NCBI RefSeq assembly: GCF_036321535.1
Contig: NC_087448.1
Coordinates: forward strand, 8,308,001 to 8,372,000
Direction of reading: 5' to 3'
Origin: Camelus dromedarius
Taxonomy: Eukaryota
DNA: 64,000 nucleotides
Shown: positions 1 through 14,020 of the stretch, piece after piece
How the letters are laid out: each line of letters begins with the position of its first letter
Position numbering within the stretch: position 1 is the stretch's first letter
Translations under genes and position numbers: made by a program
The notes under the pieces: generated by a model
Databases searched by the model: none
What the model saw: only the letters and a program-made list of their open reading frames with translations
What the model was told of the DNA's origin: nothing

Positions 1-226
1 TAACTGTACAACACAGAGAGTGAACCATAATGTAAACTATGGACTTGAGTTAATAATAATGTTTCAACAGTGGTTCATAATTTGTAACAAACATACCACA
101 CTCATGCAGGTTGTTAATAATAGGGGGTAGTGTGCAAAGAGAGGGTATAAATGGGAATTCTCTCTACTATCTGCTCAACTTTTCTGTAAGCCAAAACTAC
201 TCCAAAAAAATGAAGTTTATTTTTTG
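1..226 (+). mobile_element. Old LINE-1 3' end (L1MC-like), runs off the left edge of the window
   Basis: gtgaaccataatgtaaactatggact...ctgctcaacttttctgtaagccaaaactactc resembles the L1MC 3' UTR as recalled. Confidence 0.75.
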
Positions 227-284
227 AAGTTTTTGCTATTTTCTTTTTTAAACTTTATTTATGTATTTATTTTATAATGTATTT

Positions 285-667
285 TTAAAATTGAAGATGT
301 GCAATATTATATGTGACAGGCATGCAATATCATGACTCAGAATTTTTAAAGATTATACTCCATTTATAGTTGTTGTAAAATATTGGCTATATTCTCCATG
401 TTGGACAATACATCCTTGTAGCTTATTTTATACCTGATAATTTGTACCTCTTAATCCTCCACCTCCATCTTGCCCTTCCCCCTTCCCTGTTCCCACTGGT
501 AACCACTAGTTCCTTCTCTACATCTGTGAGTCTGTTTCTTTTCTGTTACATTCACTAGTTTGTTGTATTTTTTTAAATTCTAAATGTGAGTGATATCTTT
601 AAAGTATTTGTCTTTCTCTGTCTGACTTACTTCACTTAGCATAATACCCTCTAAGTCCATCCATACT
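285..667 (-). mobile_element. LINE-1 3' UTR fragment (Laurasiatherian L1)
   Basis: gattatactccattta...cccactggtaaccactag...gtgagtctgtttc...gacttacttcacttagcataataccctctaagtccatcc. Confidence 0.85.
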
Positions 668-1141
668 GTACACCAGAATTTCCTATTCAGTTGTAACTAT
701 TCAATTTTAATATTAATATGAATTATATTAGAACATATTCTTGTTTGGGGTTTTATATTATATCAGTATTTAAATCAATTTAATTAAATCTTTCATTGTA
801 AGCTATGGAAATTTTATGTTTATCATAATACAAATAAGAACTTTGTTTTTAGTTAAAGCCATTTGTTATTTGCATTTCTTATCTTGTTTATTGTAAATTA
901 CATTTGGTCAATTATCACTCAGGTATCTTTCTTCTTTCCCACTTAGACCTGATCAGATTTTAATATGCCTCTGTGAACAAAAAAATTCAAATTATTTCAT
1001 TCCAACCTTGGTTGATCTTTTGAGCCAATGTTTATTTACTAGCTCAATTTTATTTAAAAATAAAGCAAATTCTCAGTATTGTGGCTATTCTGAGGTAGAC
1101 TGACCAACTTGACCTTAAAGCTAATCCTTATTTTCTTTTTT

Positions 1142-1170
1142 TGTGTGTGTGTGTATATATATATATATAT
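1142..1170. repeat. (TG)n(TA)n compound microsatellite at an L1 tail
   Basis: tgtgtgtgtgtgtatatatatatatatat directly abuts the antisense L1 3' end. Confidence 0.95.
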
Positions 1171-2157
1171 TTTATTGAAGTATAGTTAGTTTACAATGTT
1201 GTGTCAATTTCTGGTTTACAGCATAATGTTTCAATCATACATGAACATACATATATTCATTTTCATATTCTTTTTCACTGTAAGTTACTACAAGATACTG
1301 AATATAGTTCCCTGTGCTATACAGTATGAACTTACTGTGTATCTATTTTATATATACTAGTTAGTATCTGCAAATCTTAATTTATCCCTTCCCATCCCCA
1401 CCCCTGGTAATCAAAGTTTGTTTTCTATGTCTGTGAGTCTGTTTCTGTTTTGTAAATAAGTTCCTTTGTCTTTTTTCCCCTAGATTCCACATGTAAGTGA
1501 TATCATACGGTATTTTTCTTTCTCTTTCTGGCTTGCTTCACTTAGAATGACAGTCTNNNNNNNNNNNNNNNNNNNNNNNNNNNNNNNNNNNNNNNNNNNN
1601 NNNNNNNNNNNNNNNNNNNNNNNNNNNNNNNNNNNNNNNNNNNNNNNNNNNNNNNNNNNNNNNNNNNNNNNNNNNNNNNNNNNNNNNNNNNNNNNNNNNN
1701 NNNNNNNNNNNNNNNNNNNNNNNNNNNNNNNNNNNNCCTTTTGAATTAAGGTTCCCTCTGGACATATGCCCAGGAGTGGGATTGCTGGATCATATGGTAA
1801 GTCTGTTTTTAGTCTTTTGAGGAATCTCCATACTGTTTTCCATAATGGCTACACCAAACTATATTCCCACCAGCAGTGTAGGATAGTTCCCTTTTCTCCA
1901 CACCCTATCCAGCATTTATCATTTGTGGACTTTTTAACGATGGCCATTCTGACTGGTTTGAGGTGATACCTCATTGTAGTTCTGATTTGCATTACTCTGA
2001 TAATTAGCGATGTTGAGCATTTTTTCATTTGCCTATTGGCCATTTGTATGTCTTCACTGGAGAATTGCTTGTTTAGGTCTTCTGCCCATTTTTAGATTGG
2101 GTTGTGTTTTTTTATTAAGTTGTATGAGCTGTTTATGTATTCTGGAAATTAAGCCCT
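1171..2157 (-). mobile_element. Relatively young 5'-truncated LINE-1 (3' UTR plus ORF2 C-terminus), gapped
   Basis: Starts tttattgaagtatagttagtttacaatg. Minus-strand ORF 1849..2043 ([52 protein letters not shown]) is the L1 ORF2p C-terminal Cys-rich region. Confidence 0.95.
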
Positions 2158-5091
2158 NNNNNNNNNNNNNNNNNNNNNNNNNNNNNNNNNNNNNNNNNNN
2201 NNNNNNNNNNNNNNNNNNNNNNNNNNNNNNNNNNNNNNNNNNNNNNNNNNNNNNNNNNNNNNNNNNNNNNNNNNNNNNNNNNNNNNNNNNTATTGCCTGG
2301 ATGTTCTTATTTTCATTGCTTGTGCATGATAATGCAGAGATGTGAACCATGTGTGTCCCCAAATATGAAGACATGAAAATCTTAGTACCTCTTCCAAATA
2401 CTCAGTTTTAATTTTGGACTATTTTGAAATTCTTGTATCATAACTATTAACTCCCTAAGAATGACATGAAGTTCTGGCATTTTTGCCTTGATTTCTTTTG
2501 AATGTAGTTTCCAACAGATCTTTCAAACAATGGGTGACGAAGATTCTTTTTAGTTTTGCTTGCTTTTTGAGAAAATTTTAAAAACTACTAAATAACATTT
2601 ATTCAGTGTGTTAGTAGTGACCAGTAAGTATCACCATTGCCATAGACCCTCTGTGGGAAGCTGAGGCCCAGTATGGTCACATAGGCTAGAAGCAGTGGAC
2701 GATTTGAATGTTAGGGAAGGTAACTGAAAGCTAATTGTGGCTAAGCATAGTTTCTTCATTCTTTTGAATCAACTAATGGAAAATATATTTCCAAGAACCT
2801 TTTTTGTTCTAAAGTGACTGCTGTTCAGAGGCAGGGGCTGGCAGGTATTTGTCATGACCTTGCCTTTGCTGCTGTCATTCCCAGCCTCTGTGGAAATTGC
2901 CCAGCCCCAGAGGCAGGGAGTGTTTTAGTTGGCGTGTGGGCTCAGCGTCCTTGGAACTGCTCTACTTTCTACATAAACTTTCTTGCCAATGTCAGCATTG
3001 GCCTTGTCAACACTTCTTTTCCATTTGTGAAGCCTGTAGTTAAAGCTTTCACCTCTCCTTTTCTAGAAGTATTTTATATTTAGCACTCTGGCGTTTAGAA
3101 ATTCTCTGCAGAAATACATTTCAACTGAGCATCTTTATTACTTCTAAAAAAAGTTTAACTTAGAAAATATACATAAACATATATATGCTTTTTTTCTCTA
3201 TGGCCTTTGATCTTGTTGCAAAATTTTAGTACTGCCAACAGGTTTAAGGTAACCGATAAAGTGATTTCACAAGTGAGGTAAGGTGGTACCAAAAGACTGC
3301 TTAACTGTTAAGAAAAAAAAATAAGCTAAAATTCAGCTTAAAAAACATAAGGGTAATAAATACATTTTAAAGCATTTAGAAGAAAAGAAGTCCTTTTGTG
3401 TTTGCTTCATGTTCTGGACTAGCAAATAAAAAATGCTGTTTTGTTTTGTTAATTCATTGGCCACAAGGCAGTCCTCAGGCTAAATGCCTGGGATCATCAG
3501 TTAAACGTGTGGATGAGTTGTGTATAGATTATTATAATCATAAGGTTATATCACAGTCTATCAGGGAAATTCTGGGGTTAATTAGTTTAGAAATATATTT
3601 TAGTAAAATTAAAAATTATTTCAAGGAAGAGAAAACATTTTTCATAAAGAGTTTACTCATTAGAAAGGTGACATGCCAAATAATTTAATTCTGCCTGACT
3701 TATTGTTCAGTAAACCTCTGTAAGTCAGAGTGGGCCTTTCTCGCTGTGTTGGTCTCCTGACCTTGTTTACATTTCATGTATGTGGATACATCCAGCATTA
3801 GTGACAAAAGTTGATGCTGTTCAATCCAGATGTCACCCTAAGAATACTCTTCTCTCATCAATAGTTGTCTCTACTGTCTCATGGAAAATAGATTTACTTT
3901 ATAATCACCACCACCCATCAGGATCTGAGTGTACAGTTCATGTGACCTGGTAAAAGGTGGGTGGCTTGAGGCAGTTTGGTGGAAGAAAACATTTTCTAGA
4001 AAGTTTCAATGAATCTCACAACTGACCATTGGCTAAAACATTTTAAATATGTGGTTAATATCTGTATAAGAGATTTGATAACAGAGAGTGAGGAAAATTA
4101 CCAGAAGGTGAGAGAAATGGAGAGTTCACCGAAACAGAAAAGGATTTCAGTGAAGATTGTGTCTTCAACAGGTGGCCTCAAGCTACAAGTGATGGTTGAA
4201 TTAGAGACACTGCCATGTTGTTTGAAATATGGTTGTGGCTGTTTCAATTCCATTGTCAAGACCCACCTATAAGTGTCATGAGCCGTGTAGCTGATTTCTA
4301 TTCAATGCCCTGTTTTATGGTCCAGACAGAACCAGAGTCATAAACGTGGACTACAGATGAGTCCGTTTACTTCTGTGTTTGTCCATGAGTGTATCGTATG
4401 CCTCATTTTGATTCAGATGCAAAACCTGGAAAACTTGCAGAACGTGTGTTTTTGTGGTTTGTCTTGGAGTGATTCAGAGAACTGCTATATTTTTTGGTGA
4501 GGAAAATTTTGGGCCATGTATTTCATCCCAAATGTGTGATTTTTCTTTTTAAAACTTAATTAATATAATATCTCCTTCTGCAAACTAAAATATTTCCCCC
4601 TCGGGTACATGTGTGTACAGTCATCTTATACAATTGCAGGAAGTAAAAAAGTAATACAATTTTTCTTCCAATGTGAAGTTGTCGAAACAAAAAACTGATA
4701 AATATTAGTATAATTGGGCTATTGGGTTATGTATTGTGTGGCCAATACTTTATATAAAAACAAATGACATCTTAGGATCTAGGCTTTTAGCCTTCTCACA
4801 TCTTTAATGATCAATGAAATGTCAAATTCAAATGTAGACTATTGAAAATACAGTCCAAAAATGCATTTTTAGGTCTCTCCTTTGGCTCTAAGTTGTTTAA
4901 CCTCCAAATAGTTCATCATAAGCCAAAAGAGAAATTCCAGTGAATCTCACAACTGTTCCATTTTCCCTTGTGTCAAGTGAGGAAATTCAATTCAGTTCAA
5001 AACATTTAAAAGATACAAATTACATACAAGTTCTTGAGCCAGACACAGCAGAGCAAAGGCTACAGAGTCAGAAAGGCCGTCAAGTCAGAAA

Positions 5092-5279
5092 AGTGGTTGT
5101 CAACCAGGGGCCGTACTGGAAAATGTCTGCAAACATTTCTGGTTGTCACAACTTGGAGGTTGAGGTAGTGTCTGAATCAAGTAGGTGGAGGTCAGAGATG
5201 CTACAACACACATGACAGGCCCCCACAAAAAAGTATTGTCCAGCCCCAAATGTCATTAGTGCCAAATTGAGGAACCCTG
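5092..5279 (+). mobile_element. MER20-like hAT-Charlie DNA transposon
   Basis: agtggttgtcaaccagggg...aatgtctgcaaacatttctggttgtcacaac...ccaaatgtcattagtgccaaattgaggaaccctg matches the recalled MER20 consensus including terminal inverted repeats. Confidence 0.85.
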
Positions 5280-5619
5280 GGTTGGACTGTGAGCTAGACC
5301 AGTGGTGCCCCTTTGATGGGTAAATTTATTTCCCATTGACTCTTCAGGATTTAAATAGCAGTGAATTCTACCTAAATACAAACTGACAGTACAACTTACC
5401 TTCGAGTGGCTTCAACAAATCCCACCATAAACATACAGAGCTCTTTTTTTCTATTAGTTCTGTGGTTTAATAAGAGTATTGCTCTGTGGAGCAGTTCTAG
5501 AGTTTAAAATTAAAATTTAGTCAGAGAATAAGTAAGTTGTTTATATGCACATATACAAACATAACAAAAGCAGTGAAAAGCAATGAAGCACAGCCCACCC
5601 TATCTTGAACAAGTTGTGT

Positions 5620-6190
5620 TTTTTGTTCTTGAGATATAATTGACACATCAGATTAGTTTCAGGTATTTAATATAATGATTCAATATTTGTATATATTGTA
5701 CAATGATAGCCACAATAAATCTAATTAGCCATCTATCACCACATATAATTATAAATTTATTTTCTTGTGATGATGACTTTTAAGATTTACTCTCAGCAAC
5801 TTTCAGATATGCAGCATATTTTATTAAGTATAGTTATCATGCTGTACATTACATCCCCAGGACTTTTTTAAATCTCGTAACTGGAAGTTTGTACCTTTTG
5901 ACTGCCTTCACCCATTTTTGTCCACCTCTTACCCCAACCCCTGGCAATACTAATCTGTTCTCTGTATTTGCCAGTTCAGTTTTGTTTGTTTGTTTAGATT
6001 CCACATATATGTGAGTATTCACCTTTCTCTGTCTGACTTATTTCACTTAGCATAATGCCCTTATGGTCCATTTATGTTGTCACAAATTGCAATATGTCCT
6101 TTTCATGGATAAATAATATTCCATCAGGCATATATGTGTGTGTGTGTGTGTACATGCATACATATATGTATCACTTTTTTCTCATTCATT
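5620..6190 (-). mobile_element. LINE-1 3' UTR fragment
   Basis: ttgagatataattgaca...ttttaagatttactctcagcaactttca...ttagattccacatatatgtgag...gacttatttcacttagcataatgccc. Confidence 0.85.
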
Positions 6191-9100
6191 CATTGATCTC
6201 TAATAACGTAAATGTGCAAAGATCAAGCTCTTTTCATGTATTCTGTTATTTGACCACTTTTCAGGACTGAATCTTTAGTCATCGCAACTGTCGTTGAGAA
6301 AAGAAGCATCCATGTGACTTTTGGGATGGGGATACATCCTTCCATGGTTAAACCTCCTGTTTAAGAGCAGTTCATTGAGGCACCGATAAATTATAGACAT
6401 TCATGTGTAGTGATGGAGGAACATGTAGGTTTCTTTTCCTTACAACTGAGGGGGATGCTCACACTGGAACCTAGTTAGAGGTAAAACCAAGCAGCTGATC
6501 TCAGAAAAGGGTGGGATCCAATCAGAGTCAGCTGAAGGAACAGAAAGAGCTACTTAGAAATTTCAAGGGAAGCTAATGTTCTTGAGTGACAAGGATGCTG
6601 TCATTTTGCCCTCCACAAATGAGATTATGTTCCCAGGTGGGAAATGAAGCCAGACAGTCAGGTCAATTTCATAAAAAGTGCATCAGGTTGGAAAGGTTAA
6701 AGGACCAGATGAGACAAGTATCTGTGGCAGGATGACTGGGTAGAAAGAGGATGGCTCTTTCAAGGTGCTGTGGAGATGACTTCCAGACGCCTGGAGCTTG
6801 CTGTGCTGTCGCAAAGCCAAGAGCAGATTCAAAGGGACTGAGTCATAGCCAGCATCCGATGGGGTGGGTGCTTGCCTGACCTGGGGTTGGTTTGCCTCAG
6901 GAGGTGGTATGTTTCATATCACTGGAGGGGTTAAAATTCAGGAACTTTGCCCTGAGGATGCAGACTTTGAGAGAGAGGATGGAATGGGTGGTCCTAAAGG
7001 AGCCCCCTTGGTTCTGTTGGGAATTCTGAGGGTGGGGGTGAAGGTGATTGCCCAGACTGAGGCCTGGTGTACTTGCTCATTCTTATTCAGCTAGCTCAGG
7101 CCTACACCAGCCACCGTCTTTATCTTGCCAGCTCTTTCACAGTGGCTCAGATACTGCCATCATTGAAATAGCACCATGGGTCGCTTGTGTTGGGAGAAGA
7201 GCTTAATGTTGGAACCCCGAGTTTGTGACTTGTTCTAGTTCTCACCACAATTTTGTGACTCTGTCGTTTGAAAAGTCAAATGACTCAGTGGTGTTATGTA
7301 ACCTAAGACTAGAAGAAACAATAAGGAGTATTCCCAGGACATAGTCAATTTCTCATTTTTTCCTGTGGAAAATGAGTTCACAGAAGACAACCAGTCATTA
7401 AATAATAGTCATAAAGATAGTCAAAACAGATGGGGTATAACTTTGTTCAGAGCTATTAAAAAAAAATCCTCTACTATGTCTCAATCCTTTAGAAAGTTCC
7501 CAGGTAAGGATTTACCTTCTAAATGTAGACTTATGGGTCTTCTTATCCAGTGAATTCAAGCCACCAACAGAAGAGGTCAGGAAGAATGGATGAAATTAGG
7601 AGAACTGATGAGCTGAGTATCACTGTTGTGATTTTGTTTCTTATACAACTTGAATTTGTGGCTTGAGAGTTTGGAGTTCTTAGAAAGTGGTGCTATTCCA
7701 GGAGCTTTGCAGAGATATTCTGGGGGCAGGCCACACGGTCTCTAGTGAGAGAATGTGTTCTATTCCCAGGTGCTATTGTAGAATCATTATTCCCTTAACA
7801 AAACTGTGGCCTTTTCGGTTAGAATTTTAGTTCCATTATTCAGATGGACTAAAAGTATTTTGGAATGTAACTAGAAAAAATATTTTTAATGTATCAATAT
7901 AGTATTTTCTAGAAATCCCCTATTCTGGATTAAACAACAGAGGAAGACCTTCCTGCATATATGTAGCATGGGCTTTTAAATTTTTATAGGTGTATGTGTT
8001 TTCAGTGAATTTTGAAAATTAGCCAAATTTAAAGTCAATTATAAAGTAGTTGCCTTTGTTCCCAAATTATCTGTGTGATATTTACATTAAGGAAGACTTG
8101 ATTTTTAAAAGTGTTTGAGAAAGGCCTTCATATATCGTAATACTACGTGATCATTGTTGTATTTACTAACAGCATTATTGAGTGTTTCTCAGTGTCAAGT
8201 CCAGAAGTGAAAGACACAGTTTTAGCTCAGTGCTGACACAGTGAGGGAGACAAACCAGGTGAAGTCAGTATGATGGGCGACATGATACCGGTAAGCTCAG
8301 GGCTCTCTGGGAGGACCAGCACCTTGTGTGGCCTGAGGGCAGCGGGGGTGAGCTGAGCAGGGCAGCCACAGGGGAGTCAGTTAAGAGAACCAGAGGGCAG
8401 CCCCGGAGCAGCCAGAGGGAGCAGGTTGTGCAGAAAAAGTTTGAGCAGCTGCAGTTTCTTCCTCAGGGTTATCTGTTCCCCACAGATAATCAGAAGATCA
8501 TAAATTTGATTTTGTCATTTTAAATATTGATCGCCAATGGGAAAATCTTTTCAAAAGTGATTTTCTTTTCATCATCTTTGCAAAGTCAGGAGTAAGAAAG
8601 GGACGAGTTCTGCTGCAACTCAGTACCATCCACAAAGCCTTTAACCTGCTGTAGCTCATGTACGTGGGAAACACTTTTTGCAGTGGTCGCATTTTCCTGG
8701 GGTTTTTCTTTTGGTTGTATGTTCACAAATGTCTCATCTCTTTGTGTCAACAAACCCTGCTCTTTGAGCTATCCTAAAGGTTCCTAATTTTCCTTTTTCT
8801 GTGTGGAATTAGGGAGAAAGGAGTAAAAGCTGCAGGATTACTCATTGAACATACTATTTTCACTTAGTTTCAAATACCATCTTCTCTGTAGATGTAATAA
8901 AGAAAGATCAGGGCAAGTTAGACTAAGGATGATTTTCAGTATTCCTTTCAAATTTAATCTTATACTGACGATTTCCATATTTTACCCATAAATGCTCACT
9001 TGGTAAAACAATTAAACTTAAGCGGCAATTCATACTGGATTTCTGTAGCCAATTTTCTGTTTTAGTTTACATAACTAGAAAGAAATAAGGGACTTAAATT

Positions 9101-9434
9101 ATGTCTTATGTTAAAATTGTCCTTCGTATTCAGACCACAAAAGCAAAAACGTTGTTCATTTTTAGTACCCACGAATCATTAATGGAAATGGTCATTTCTG
9201 TTTTCTGTTCCATTTTATATTTGATATGCGCTGTTCTTCTATGAAAAGTTAACATAGCTTATAAAAGTTATCCTCTTATCTAGTTCCTCAGTATACTATG
9301 ATCTTAGCCATCATAGACCATTAGAAAACAATTAATTCCATTCGAATTAAGGGTAAGAGAAAATAAGCTCTTTTTAAAGTGCCAGTCTTAGGCAAGAAAA
9401 TATATAAGTAAATGATAAAGGAAAAAAAGTTTAA

Positions 9435-9660
9435 GACCTGGAACCTGATGATCTGGTTCAGTTTCTGGTCTTACTTCTTTCTAACTCGGGCAAGTTCATT
9501 ACCTAGTGGCCTTCACTTTCCTTTTCCGTAAAATGTGATTGATAATATCTGCCCTTGTACCCACCCACCCATCACTTGCCTAATTAGACAAGGATTTCCT
9601 AGCATTTAAGTCTGTAAAAGAACCTCAAAACTTAACATGTTTTACAAATGCTAGTTGTTA
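9435..9660 (+). mobile_element. MIR SINE remnant
   Basis: gggcaagttcattacct...cactttccttttccgtaaaatgtgattgataatatct (MIR core) and a tail ending aaatgctagttgtta. Confidence 0.65.
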
Positions 9661-9667
9661 TGGCAAC
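9654..9667. promoter_or_regulatory. RFX X-box-like motif GTTGTTATGGCAAC
   Basis: 14-bp match to the X-box consensus GTYNYYATRGNAAC with a perfect GGCAAC half-site. Confidence 0.45.
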
Positions 9668-10284
9668 GACTTACCAATGTCCAATGTATGATTCTTAAGA
9701 TGAGAGGCAGTGCATATATGCAGTTATATTTTACTGAAAGTACGTAGCCCAGATGAGTGCATAATAGGTGCTCACCAAATCAGGATACACTTTCCTTCTT
9801 CCTCTCAGCCTTTCTTTCAAGCTTTGTTATTTCTCATTTGTCCCCATTTGCTGCTACTCTTTTCTGCTGTTCCGTGTGCTCTGGAATCCACTGACGCTCC
9901 AACTGTTCTTCCTGCGTGCGCAGGCCCAGGGAGGCAGTTGGAAGTCAACCAACTTTAGTAACTCCCTTCTTAGTTTGGAGATTTGATCATATGCACATTC
10001 TGATTTCAAATTTCCATGCGCTTAGTACATATATGGATGGATATTGATTTTTTAGGTCTTATATCCTAGAGTAATTTAACTCATTTGTAACAGTGGAATT
10101 TATTGAGATGCAAATGTTTACCAGTTTTATGAATAAATCCATATCATATTTGTTTTACAACTTTACCTCAGTACTATTTTTTATTTGTATGGTTTTTCAC
10201 AAAATAATATTAAGCAATTATTTTCCATTTTTTATAATAATTTGTTAAGTACTCACCACATGCCAACCCTTGACAGAAATGAAA

Positions 10285-10365
10285 TCATTTAATCCTCACA
10301 ATACTTTGATATATGTCTTATTACTGGCCCATTTTACAGATGAGGAAATCAAGCCACAGAAAGGA
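10285..10365 (-). mobile_element. MIR core fragment (antisense)
   Basis: catttaatcctcacaat...cccattttacagatgaggaaatcaagccacagaaagg. Confidence 0.8.
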
Positions 10366-10469
10366 TGTCAGGAAGCAGGATGTCATCACAGTTAAATATG
10401 CAGGATCTTGTCCTGAGTGACTGGGTTGATTTTTGTTCCCCTAATTACTATCCGTGCATCCTTAGACAG

Positions 10470-10555
10470 ATTCGTGGCACTTTGTGTGCTTTAGTTTTAT
10501 CATCTGTAAAATGGGGAAGTAATGACACATTCTCATAATGCCATGAGGATTGAAC
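10470..10555 (+). mobile_element. MIR core fragment (sense)
   Basis: ttagttttatcatctgtaaaatggggaagtaatgac...ctcataatgccatgaggatt. Confidence 0.75.
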
Positions 10556-11173
10556 AGTCTTTCCTCTGAATGACATTTTAGGTTCTCTTAACCATATGTT
10601 CAAAACTCTGCCCACAAATGGTTCTCTTTTCTTTCTTTCCACTATCAGTAGTATTTTCAATGAGACAATCCTCCCACAAAATACAAAATACTATTTAATG
10701 ATTTACTTCCTTATGTTTTGGGGTTCAGTGAACACTAGGGAATCCAAAGACAGGCTCCTTCACATTAGTTTTTGGAGCCTAAGATACATTAGTTCTTCCC
10801 ATGAGAATGTGATTTCCAATAAAATCCAGTTCTCAGATTTATTTCATTTCAATTAAAACTACAGCAAGTGCTTTTCAGCACACTAAAAGTGTTAAGCCCC
10901 AAGTGGCAGGCTTGCATGGTACACATTTTTTTTTTATTGTATCTTTACTTGGCTTGAATGTTAGGTTTCCTTTCCACATTGTTAAAAGCACTTAAGAGCT
11001 AAAGATATGACATAAAATTGTTTTATTGCTAGAGATACTAAAAGCGTCCTGGCTTGAAGTAATAAACAGCTTTGTCAAAGTCCTAAGAAAAAGAACAACA
11101 AAATGTGGCATGTGATTTGAGTCCCTGTAGAAGAGCTTTTGTCATTGAGAAAATGAGCATGGATAAATACTGA

Positions 11174-11395
<222 letters not shown>

Positions 11396-11496
11396 TAAAA
11401 AAATTGTGCTCATCAAGTCTATGCCTTCTGACAGTTTCTTCTGATCTTTTGTTTGCTTTTGGTTGCCCTAACTCCCTCATGCCCTGTCTTTGGTAA

Positions 11497-11649
<153 letters not shown>

Positions 11650-11724
11650 TAACTTACTCCTACCTGGCGTAGCCTCTACCTGGGCGTGGCCCTCCGCAGC
11701 ATCCCTGGAACTTGATCGAACTTG

Positions 11725-11870
11725 AGAAAGCCCTGTTATCGTGGGCTTCTCAGACTCACGAGGGAGCTGCTTAAAAATACAGGTGCAAAGTCCCAAACCT
11801 GGAACAACCAAATCAGACTCTCTGGGTGACGGGGAGAGGGCACCTCTGTTTTTAATAGCTCCATCGGTAG
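11725..11870. mobile_element. MER5A-like hAT-Charlie remnant
   Basis: gggagctgcttaaaaatacaggtgc...aaatcagactctctggg...ctctgtttttaatagctcc. Confidence 0.65.
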
Positions 11871-13316
11871 GTTTGATACAAAGCTCAGCTTATCATCACA
11901 TTTATGATGTACCTTTGATTTGATTCTGCTGTCACAAGTCCTCAAACGCAGTTGAAATATAGCAACTGTGGATTTTCCCATTTTTATAAATATTCATGTA
12001 ATTGAAAACCAACATAATGGCCCTTATGTATAGGCTTAGAATTTTTTGAATGGAAAATTTATTTCATTCAGAACAAACTAATCACAATGTAATAAATTAT
12101 GAAGACGATGCCTCAAGCCCAAATGTTTGCTTGTGAATTTGAGGAATTACTACATATTCAGAAAGGTTCCTCTATGTGCCCCCAAATTAGAAGTGTCCCA
12201 GAATTTGACTAAAAGTAGTATGGCATTTATTACATAAAAGGACAGTTCAGATCAAATGCCTTTGTTTTTATTTTAGGTTTTGTTTTGCATGTTTGTTTAT
12301 TTGGTGTTTAGAAAGAAAGAACAAGTTTATATACCTTCTTCTGCTATGAATCTTTATAAAAGAGAGAGAAAATAAAAATTCCTGAATTGAGAATGAAAAT
12401 TATTATTTTAAGTTTTAAGAGAAATTTAAGTTTATGAATACTTATACAGGTCTGTTAGGACAAAGGTATCTGTGAAAGATTCAAGGCACAAATTTTACTT
12501 TGAAAATCTCCAAATTGAACTTTTAATAACTATATTTATATAATTATTACTTTTAAAATAATATATTATTTAAAAATAATTACATTTAATGACTAATAGC
12601 TAAAATGCTATTAAACTTGCTAATATTTGGAAAAGCTTTCTGCAGCATCTTTATGATGCTGTGAAAGTTTGAATGGTCTAACCAATTCTTTATAGATGAA
12701 ATAGTATTAATATTGTTCAGTTTTGTCAAACAGCTATTCAAACTTTCATGAAAGTTTTTTTTTTAAGGATCATCTTGGTTATGTCACAGGTGGCATGTAG
12801 GAAAACCTTCAAAGAATCCCCCACATCTAGTTTTCATTTCTTCCCTCATCTCTCCTAATAAACTATGAGAAATAATGAAGTTCCAAGTTTATGCTGACAT
12901 GTCTTTTAAGTAGGGTGACAACCTTATGAAGGTGTGTTTTCCCGTATAGACCTTGATAACTAAATGGAACGTAGAACTATGAACTCTGCACAAAACTCAC
13001 ATTCAGTATTCCCAAGAGACACCTAAAATATCTTTAAAACCATATAGTGCTTATTAAGTAACTCTTATTTACAAAACCACAGCTGGAAAAGCGGTGTTTC
13101 GAAGCACCACCAAATCAGCCAGCAGTTCTAATAGAAAGTGAAATGTGAAGAGATTGTGAACACAGTTGTACAAAATTGCTTTGATGCAAAATTGTACTTA
13201 ATCAGGAGGAATAAGTTGGTAATTCAGCGGTAATGCGTCTAGGTATTCAGCAGAGGTAATCACACAGAGAATTGTGAAAAACCTTCATTAAGAAAAATGC
13301 TGTGGCTGAGGACCCG

Positions 13317-13367
13317 GTTGCTAGGCAACTGAAGCTCCTGCAGGAGCCTCTCGGGCTGCCTGGCAAC
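13317..13367. promoter_or_regulatory. Paired RFX X-box motifs (GTTGCTAGGCAAC and GCTGCCTGGCAAC) flanking a 14-bp palindrome; candidate intronic enhancer
   Basis: Motifs at 13317-13329 and 13355-13367, palindrome GCTCCTGCAGGAGC at 13334-13347, in a GC-rich, apparently non-repetitive patch. Confidence 0.6.
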
Positions 13368-14020
13368 AAGCCGCAAGCCCCGCCCAGCCCCTCGCCAGCC
13401 ATTCAGCAAGTGGCCCAGATGCTTTTGTGTGTGTACAAGAGAGAGACGTGGTTTACTGTGATTCTGTTATGTTTATAAAACCTGACACAACTCCATGCGC
13501 AAGGACCTCTCGTTAAATGGTTTAAAACATTAAATCACAAGTTTCTAATTACAATAAAACAGGCTTTCAGGGAATAAAAAAATTATTGTATTGTGAAGCA
13601 CGTAGCTTTTCAGAAATGAAGTCAGTTCTTGCTTTCCTCTAGTATGTGGGACATCTGCAGTTGTTCTCTGTAAGTTATCCTCCTAGGAGGGCGAAGAGGG
13701 CCCCAGGCACGGTGGCCGTGTTGACGCTTCAAAGTCCCTGGACTTCCCAGGAGGGCTGTGTGTGTAGAGAGAAAAATTATACACATTAAAGGGACAAAGT
13801 AGGGGCTTTCCAACACCTTAGGCGGTTCCATGGGAATTGGCTTTGATGTGGACTGCTCAGAGGGAAAGCGGTATCAGTGAAGAGAATTCTTTTTTAAAAA
13901 TAACAAAGCAACATGCCTCCGAGTCACAGCATAGAAACAAATTACAGAAAAAGGAATGCCAAAGGTCTTGTATAAGGAGACCCTAGTAGAGCATGTAGCA
14001 GGGAAACAAAAGGAAGAAGG

